DNA of 64,000 bases from an uncultured Chloroflexia bacterium. GTDB lineage: Bacteria > Chloroflexota > Limnocylindria > Limnocylindrales > CSP1-4. Where the stretch lies: positions 32,001 to 96,000 of the forward strand of contig CAWEZH010000002.1 of the NCBI GenBank assembly GCA_963813535.1, in the 5' to 3' direction. Below the pieces are notes generated by a model that saw only the letters and a program-made list of their open reading frames with translations, had not been told where the DNA came from and ran no database searches. Each line of letters begins with the position of its first letter. Within the stretch, counting starts at the first letter, position 1. Made by a program: the position numbers and the translations under genes. This document shows, piece by piece, positions 58,868 through 64,000 of this stretch.

Positions 58868-59724
58868 AGTTGCACGATCTGCGTCCAGCCGAGGGTTCGC
58901 GCAAGGAGCGGACCCGGGTCGGTCGCGGCATCGCGGCCGGCAAAGGCAAGACGGCGGGCCGGGGCACCAAGGGCCAGAAGGCGCGCGCCGGCGGCTCGAT
59001 CCCGGCGTGGTTCGAGGGCGGCCAGACGCCGCTGCACGTCCGTATCCCGAAGCTGCGCGGTTTCAAGAACCGCTTCAAGATCGAGTATGAGATCGTGAAC
59101 GTCGGTGCCATCGCGGCCGCGGTCGAGCGCGGTGCGCTCGAGACGGCCGACCGGGCCGGGTCCGGCGGCAAGTCGAAGTCCGCTGGGCAGACCACCGTGA
59201 ACCAGGATCTCCTCCGCGCGGTCGGTCTGGTGCGCACCCTGAACAAGCCACTCAAGATCCTCGGCAGCGGCGAGCTCAGCTCGCCGCTCTTCGTCGTGGC
59301 CGATGCGTTCACGGCGTCGGCGCGCACGAAGATCGAGGCGGCGGGCGGGACGGTCTCCGTCCTGGAGGTCCCGACGAGGCCCACCAAGGCGATCGGCGTG
59401 GAGACAGAGGCAGCGGCGCCGCGCGAGACACGTTCGAAGAAGGCGGCGACCACCGACGCTGACACCGACTCCGAGCCGGCCGTGGAGGCCGACGTCACCG
59501 CCGAGACCCCGGCGGCGGTCGAGCCCGAGCCGGCCGTCGAGCCCGAGGCCATCGCCGACACGGAGGCTCCCGCCGAGACCTCGCCGGCCGACGATACGGC
59601 TCCGACCAAGCGCCGACGCGGCAAGGCCAAGACCGAGGCCGCCAGCGAAACCCCGTCCGACTCGGAGGCAGAGGCCGACACGACGCCTGACGACGCCACG
59701 GCGGCGTCGGGCGACGACGCCTAG
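58864..59724 (+). CDS. rplO: 50S ribosomal protein L15 with ~115-aa acidic C-terminal extension
   Basis: RVGRG...[32 protein letters not shown]. Confidence 0.95.
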   Translation: MKLHDLRPAEGSRKERTRVGRGIAAGKGKTAGRGTKGQKARAGGSIPAWFEGGQTPLHVRIPKLRGFKNRFKIEYEIVNVGAIAAAVERGALETADRAGSGGKSKSAGQTTVNQDLLRAVGLVRTLNKPLKILGSGELSSPLFVVADAFTASARTKIEAAGGTVSVLEVPTRPTKAIGVETEAAAPRETRSKKAATTDADTDSEPAVEADVTAETPAAVEPEPAVEPEAIADTEAPAETSPADDTAPTKRRRGKAKTEAASETPSDSEAEADTTPDDATAASGDDA

Positions 59725-59730
59725 GCGCCC

Positions 59731-61011
59731 GTGTTCGAATCCCTGCTCAACGCCTTCCGGGCGCCGGATATCCGGCGCCGGATCCTGATCGTTCTCGGCC
59801 TACTGATCGTCTTCCGGTTCCTGGCCGCCGTGCCGGTGCCGGGCATCGACCGTCAGCAGCTCGCCGCGTTCCTCCAGGGCAACCCGCTGTTCGGGCTGCT
59901 GAACCTGTTCTCAGGTGGCGGCCTCTCGAACTTCTCGGTCGTGGCGTTGGGCATGAATCCCTACATCAACGCGTCGATCATCATGCAGTTGATGCAGGGC
60001 GTCGTACCGTCGTTGCAGGCGCTCAGCCGCGAGGGCGAGTACGGGCGGAACAAGATCACCCAGTACACCCGCTACCTGTCCGTCCCCATGGCCATGCTCC
60101 AGGCCTATGGGTTCCTCGCCCTCCTCAATAGCAACGGCGTCCTGACGAGTGGGTTCGACCTCGGCAGCTTCGCCACGCTGACCCAGATCGCGACGCTGAC
60201 CGCCGGTGCGGTCGTCCTGATGTGGATCGGCGAGCTGATCACCGAGCGCGGCATCGGCAACGGCATCAGCTTCATCATCTTCGCCGGCATCGTGAGCCAG
60301 GCCCCGTCCGCGATCGGGGCATTCACCGTCAATCCCAATATCGCCGCCCTCATCGCCTTCGCCGTCGTCGCCATCGCGGCGGTCGCGGTCATCATCTACA
60401 TCCAGGAGGGCCAGCGGCGCATCCCGATCCAGTACGCCAGCCGCGTGCGTGGCCGGCGGATGTACCAGGGCGGTCAGACGTTCCTGCCGCTGCGCGTCAA
60501 CCAGGCCGGCGTGATCCCGATCATCTTCGCGGTCAGCATCCTGTTGTTCCCGGTCCAGCTCGCGTCGTACTTCACGGCATCCGACATCCCGATCGTCCGC
60601 GATATCGCCAACGGGATCATCGCGCTGCTCAACCCGAGCTCCATCCTGTACGTCGTCCTGTACTTCCTGCTGACCGTCGGCTTCACGTACTTCTACACGG
60701 CGTTCACGTTCAAGCCGGACGAGACGGCCGAGCAACTGCGCAAGAACGGCGGCTTCATCCCGGGCATCCGTCCGGGCCGGCCGACACAGGACTACCTTGC
60801 CCGCGTGGTGTCGCGCATCACGCTCGCCGGCGCGCTGTTCCTGGCGATCGTGGCGGTCTCGCCGTCGATCATCGCGCTGATCTTCCCGGACCTCGGTGCG
60901 ATCGGATTAGGCGGGACCAGTCTGCTGATCGTGGTGTCCGTCGTGGTCGAAACGATGAAGCAGATCGAGGCGCAGTTGATGATGCGCAACTACGAAGGGT
61001 TCATCCGATGA
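59731..61011 (+). CDS. secY: Preprotein translocase SecY
   Basis: ALG..PYI.ASII.QL, GIGNGIS, GGFIPGIRPG, GGTSLLI.V. Confidence 0.98.
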   Translation: MFESLLNAFRAPDIRRRILIVLGLLIVFRFLAAVPVPGIDRQQLAAFLQGNPLFGLLNLFSGGGLSNFSVVALGMNPYINASIIMQLMQGVVPSLQALSREGEYGRNKITQYTRYLSVPMAMLQAYGFLALLNSNGVLTSGFDLGSFATLTQIATLTAGAVVLMWIGELITERGIGNGISFIIFAGIVSQAPSAIGAFTVNPNIAALIAFAVVAIAAVAVIIYIQEGQRRIPIQYASRVRGRRMYQGGQTFLPLRVNQAGVIPIIFAVSILLFPVQLASYFTASDIPIVRDIANGIIALLNPSSILYVVLYFLLTVGFTYFYTAFTFKPDETAEQLRKNGGFIPGIRPGRPTQDYLARVVSRITLAGALFLAIVAVSPSIIALIFPDLGAIGLGGTSLLIVVSVVVETMKQIEAQLMMRNYEGFIR

Positions 61012-61033
61012 CGGCGGCCAGCGCCACCGTCCG

Positions 61034-61696
61034 ATGACAGTCCTCGTGCTCCTCGGGGCGCCGGGCGCCGGCAAGGGGACACAAGCGGCCCTGCTGGCCG
61101 AGCGGGTCGAGATCCCGCACGTTGCCACCGGCGACCTGTTCCGGGCCGCGGTCCGGGACGGCTCGCCGATCGGTCTCGAGGCGCGCCGGTTCATGGAGCG
61201 CGGTCAGCTGGTCCCCGACGACATCACGATCCGCATGCTGCTCGGCCGGCTCGACCAGCCCGACGCCGCAAGCGGCGCGATCCTGGACGGCTTCCCGCGC
61301 AACGGGTCCCAGGCGAAGGCGCTCGATGACGCACTGGCCGACCGCGAGGAGAAGGTCGACCTCGCGATCAACATCCACGTGCCCGCGGACGAGGTCATCC
61401 GTCGGATGTCGGGCCGCTGGGTCTGCCGCGACCAGGGCCACGTCTACAACGAGACGACGAATCCGCCGCTGGAACCTGGTCGCTGCGACATCGACGGATC
61501 TCCCCTGGTCCAGCGCGAGGACGACCGCCCGGAGACGGTGCGGGCCCGACTCGAGGTGCAGCTCGACAGCCTTCGGGAGGTCCTCGACCACTACCAGCGG
61601 ACGGGCATCCTGCGCGACGTCGATGGGACGCGGTCGATCGACGACGTCGCCACGGACGTCCTGTCCGTCGTCGAAGGCCGCGAGCTCGGCAGCTGA
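61034..61696 (+). CDS. adk: Adenylate kinase
   Basis: GAPGAGKGTQA, TGD.FR, LDGFPR, QR.DD. Confidence 0.97.
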   Translation: MTVLVLLGAPGAGKGTQAALLAERVEIPHVATGDLFRAAVRDGSPIGLEARRFMERGQLVPDDITIRMLLGRLDQPDAASGAILDGFPRNGSQAKALDDALADREEKVDLAINIHVPADEVIRRMSGRWVCRDQGHVYNETTNPPLEPGRCDIDGSPLVQREDDRPETVRARLEVQLDSLREVLDHYQRTGILRDVDGTRSIDDVATDVLSVVEGRELGS

Positions 61697-61698
61697 TC

Positions 61699-62463
61699 GT
61701 GGTCACCCGCAAGTCTCGCGCGGAGATCGAACGGATGCGTCGCGCCGGGCGGATCGTGGCCGAGGTCCTCGCACTCGTGGAGAGCGAGCTCAAGCCAGGG
61801 GTCACGACCGGTCACCTCGATCGCCTGGCCGAGGCGCACATCCGCTCGTCCGGCGCGATCCCGTCCTTCAAGGACTACCCAGGTATCAATCCGCGCCGGC
61901 CGTTCCCCGCCAGTCTGTGCATCTCGCTCGATGACGAGATCGTCCACGGCATCCCCGGCGAACGCACGATCCGCGACGGCCAGATCGTCTCGGTCGATGC
62001 GGGCGCCATCGTGGATGGGTGGCATGGGGATGCGGCCAGGACCTTCTTCGTCGGCGTCCCGCCGGCGCCCGTGCAACGGCTCATCGACACCACCCGCGAG
62101 GCGATGATGGCCGGCATCGCGGCCGCGGTCCCGGGCAACCACATCGAGGACATCTCGGCCGCCGTCGAGGACGCCGCACGACCCCACGGCTTCGGGATCG
62201 TGCGCCAGTTCGTCGGGCACGGCATCGGTACCGAGATGCACGAAGAACCGCAGGTCCCCAATTACCGGACCGGCCGCCGCGGCCGCAAGCTCGAGCCCGG
62301 CCTCTGCCTGGCGATCGAGCCGATGTTCACGCTCGGCGACTACCGCGCCCACGTCCTCGACGACGACTGGACCGTATCGACCATCGACGGCTCCCTGGCC
62401 GCCCACTTCGAACACTCCATCGCCATCACGGAGAGTGGCCCGGAGATCCTCACCAAGGTATGA
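61699..62463 (+). CDS. map: Type I methionine aminopeptidase
   Basis: VHGIP, D.G....G.HGD, GHGIG..MHE.P, AIEPM, AHFEH. Confidence 0.97.
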   Translation: MVTRKSRAEIERMRRAGRIVAEVLALVESELKPGVTTGHLDRLAEAHIRSSGAIPSFKDYPGINPRRPFPASLCISLDDEIVHGIPGERTIRDGQIVSVDAGAIVDGWHGDAARTFFVGVPPAPVQRLIDTTREAMMAGIAAAVPGNHIEDISAAVEDAARPHGFGIVRQFVGHGIGTEMHEEPQVPNYRTGRRGRKLEPGLCLAIEPMFTLGDYRAHVLDDDWTVSTIDGSLAAHFEHSIAITESGPEILTKV

Positions 62464-62561
62464 GCGCCTTGCTCGGATCGCCGACTTTTGATACGCTACG
62501 CGTTCGTGTGTCGGCCCGCCCGGGCCGGCACTCCGCGTGAGAAAGGGAAGCACACCAGCCT

Positions 62562-62780
62562 GTGGCCAAGAAGGATGCGATCGAAGTGGAAGGGACGGTC
62601 ATCGAGCCGCTCCCCAACACAATGTTCGCAGTGGAGCTCGAGAATGGCCACCGGGTGCTCGCCCACATCAGCGGCAAGCTTCGGATGAATTTCATCCGCA
62701 TCCTGCCGGGTGACCGGGTCCGCGTCGAGTTATCGCCGTACGACCTCACCCGCGGCCGCATCACGTATCGACTCAAGTAA
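62562..62780 (+). CDS. infA: Translation initiation factor IF-1
   Basis: LPN.MF.VEL.NG, SGK.R...IRIL.GD.V..E.SPYDL.RGRI. Confidence 0.97.
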   Translation: MAKKDAIEVEGTVIEPLPNTMFAVELENGHRVLAHISGKLRMNFIRILPGDRVRVELSPYDLTRGRITYRLK

Positions 62781-62813
62781 GACACGCACGCAACGAACAC
62801 GATCGAGGAACCG

Positions 62814-62927
62814 TTGAAGGTCAGAGCTTCCGTCAAAGCACGCTGCGACAACTGCAAGGTGATCCGTCGCCGGGGCACGGTGATGGTCATCTGCACCAAT
62901 CCCAAGCACAAGCAGCGGCAGGGGTAA
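62814..62927 (+). CDS. rpmJ: 50S ribosomal protein L36 (not in ORF track)
   Basis: TTG start: [37 protein letters not shown]. Confidence 0.95.
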   Translation: MKVRASVKARCDNCKVIRRRGTVMVICTNPKHKQRQG

Positions 62928-62930
62928 CCG

Positions 62931-63302
62931 ATGGCACGCATCGCCGGTGTCGACATCCCGCGTGAGAAGCGGGTCGAGGTCGCCCTCACATACGTCTTCG
63001 GGATCGGCCTGCCGACCAGCACGAAGATCCTGACCCAGACGAACATCAATCCGGACACCCGTGTCCGCGACCTCACCGAAGAGCAGGTCAACCGCCTCCG
63101 CGAGTTGATCGACCGCCGCTACAAGGTCGAGGGCGACCTCCGCCGCGAGGTGGCCTTGAACATCAAGCGGTTGATCGAGATCGGCTCGTATCGCGGACTC
63201 CGCCACCGGCGCAACCTGCCGGTCCGCGGCCAGCGCACGAAGACCAACGCTCGCCAGCGACGCGGACCGAAGAAGACGGTCGGCATCCGGCGCAAGAAGT
63301 GA
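62931..63302 (+). CDS. rpsM: 30S ribosomal protein S13
   Basis: MARIAGV, YRG.RH...[13 protein letters not shown]. Confidence 0.97.
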   Translation: MARIAGVDIPREKRVEVALTYVFGIGLPTSTKILTQTNINPDTRVRDLTEEQVNRLRELIDRRYKVEGDLRREVALNIKRLIEIGSYRGLRHRRNLPVRGQRTKTNARQRRGPKKTVGIRRKK

Positions 63303-63319
63303 CGAGGGACTGACCACGC

Positions 63320-63715
63320 ATGGCGGAACGCAAGAAGGCAGTCAAGCAGCGTCGGCGGGAGAAGAAGAACGTCCCGCAGGGGCACGTCCACATCCAGGCG
63401 ACGTTCAACAACACCATCATCACGATCACCGATCTCAACGGCGCGGTCATCAGCTGGGGCTCCGCCGGCGTGGCTGGCTTCAAGGGATCGCGCAAGAGCA
63501 CGCCATACGCGGCCGCGCTGTCGGCCGATGGCGCCGCCAAGCGCGCCATGGAGCACGGCATGCGCCAGGTCGAGGTCTACGTCAAGGGGCCGGGCGCCGG
63601 TCGTGAGCAGGCGATCCGCTCGCTCCAGGCTGCCGGCCTCGAGGTCAGCGCCATCACCGATGTCACCCCCATCCCGCACAACGGTTGCCGCCCGCCCAAG
63701 CGGCGACGCGTCTAG
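63320..63715 (+). CDS. rpsK: 30S ribosomal protein S11
   Basis: [31 protein letters not shown]. Confidence 0.97.
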   Translation: MAERKKAVKQRRREKKNVPQGHVHIQATFNNTIITITDLNGAVISWGSAGVAGFKGSRKSTPYAAALSADGAAKRAMEHGMRQVEVYVKGPGAGREQAIRSLQAAGLEVSAITDVTPIPHNGCRPPKRRRV

Positions 63716-63726
63716 CCCGGAGATCC

Positions 63727-64000
63727 ATGGCTCGATACACCGACTCCGTCTGCCGGATCTGCCGGCGCGAGGGCGCCAAGCTCTTCCTGAAGGGCTCGCG
63801 CTGCTATACGAAGAAATGCGCGTTCGAGCGGCGACCCACGCCGCCCGGGCAGCACGGCGTCCGCCGCCGCAAGGTCGGTGAGTACGGCCTCCAGTTGCGT
63901 GAGAAGCAGAAGGTCCGCAAGACCTACGGTCTGCTCGAGCGCCAGTTCCGGAACTACTTCATCGACGCGGAGAACCGTCCCGGCGTGACCGGCGAGAACC
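63727..64000 (+). CDS. rpsD: 30S ribosomal protein S4 (runs off the window)
   Basis: [24 protein letters not shown]...KC, PPGQHG, YG.QL.EKQK. Confidence 0.95.
   Translation, partial: MARYTDSVCRICRREGAKLFLKGSRCYTKKCAFERRPTPPGQHGVRRRKVGEYGLQLREKQKVRKTYGLLERQFRNYFIDAENRPGVTGEN

Overview
High-GC bacterial chromosomal window, almost entirely on the + strand and dominated by core information-processing genes. The 16S/23S sequences, the four-repeat S1, the S12 N-terminal insertion and the Bacillus-like gene order suggest Chloroflexota, perhaps a Limnocylindria/Ellin6529-like lineage; this is an inference and was not checked by search. Gene order: two tandem secreted metallophosphoesterase paralogs, a beta-hydroxyacid dehydrogenase, PPi-type pfk, a tadA-like deaminase, 2 tRNA-Ser, an MBL hydrolase, large (Alu-type) SRP RNA, dnaX-ybaB-recR, a LipJ-like cyclase, a complete rrn operon (16S-Ile-Ala-23S-5S), a LysM protein, fpg/nei, rpsA, clpC-radA-PIN/TRAM-ispDF-cysS-rlmB, tRNA-Thr/Tyr/Thr-tuf-rpmG-tRNA-Trp-secE-nusG-rplKAJL-rpoBC, then the str/S10/spc/alpha clusters to the start of rpsD. 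No integrase, transposase or CRISPR array was seen. The most notable observations are: (1) the syntenic TadA has lost its catalytic Glu (HAE->HAV, as in eukaryotic ADAT3) and carries Val/Asn at the positions of the base-editor mutations A106V/D108N; (2) a dispersed 74-nt palindrome-plus-direct-repeat element occurs twice, once inside a ~500-nt structured rplJ leader; (3) two EF-Tu paralogs differ at ~31 residues yet share an identical 275-nt 3' tract; (4) many translation/transcription proteins carry long disordered tails; (5) stand-alone genes look leaderless; (6) tRNA-Tyr is atypical; (7) the 23S has an ~80-nt domain III expansion. Three single-base frameshifts (pfk, rpsA tail, rpoC) lie in short homopolymers and are most likely sequencing errors.
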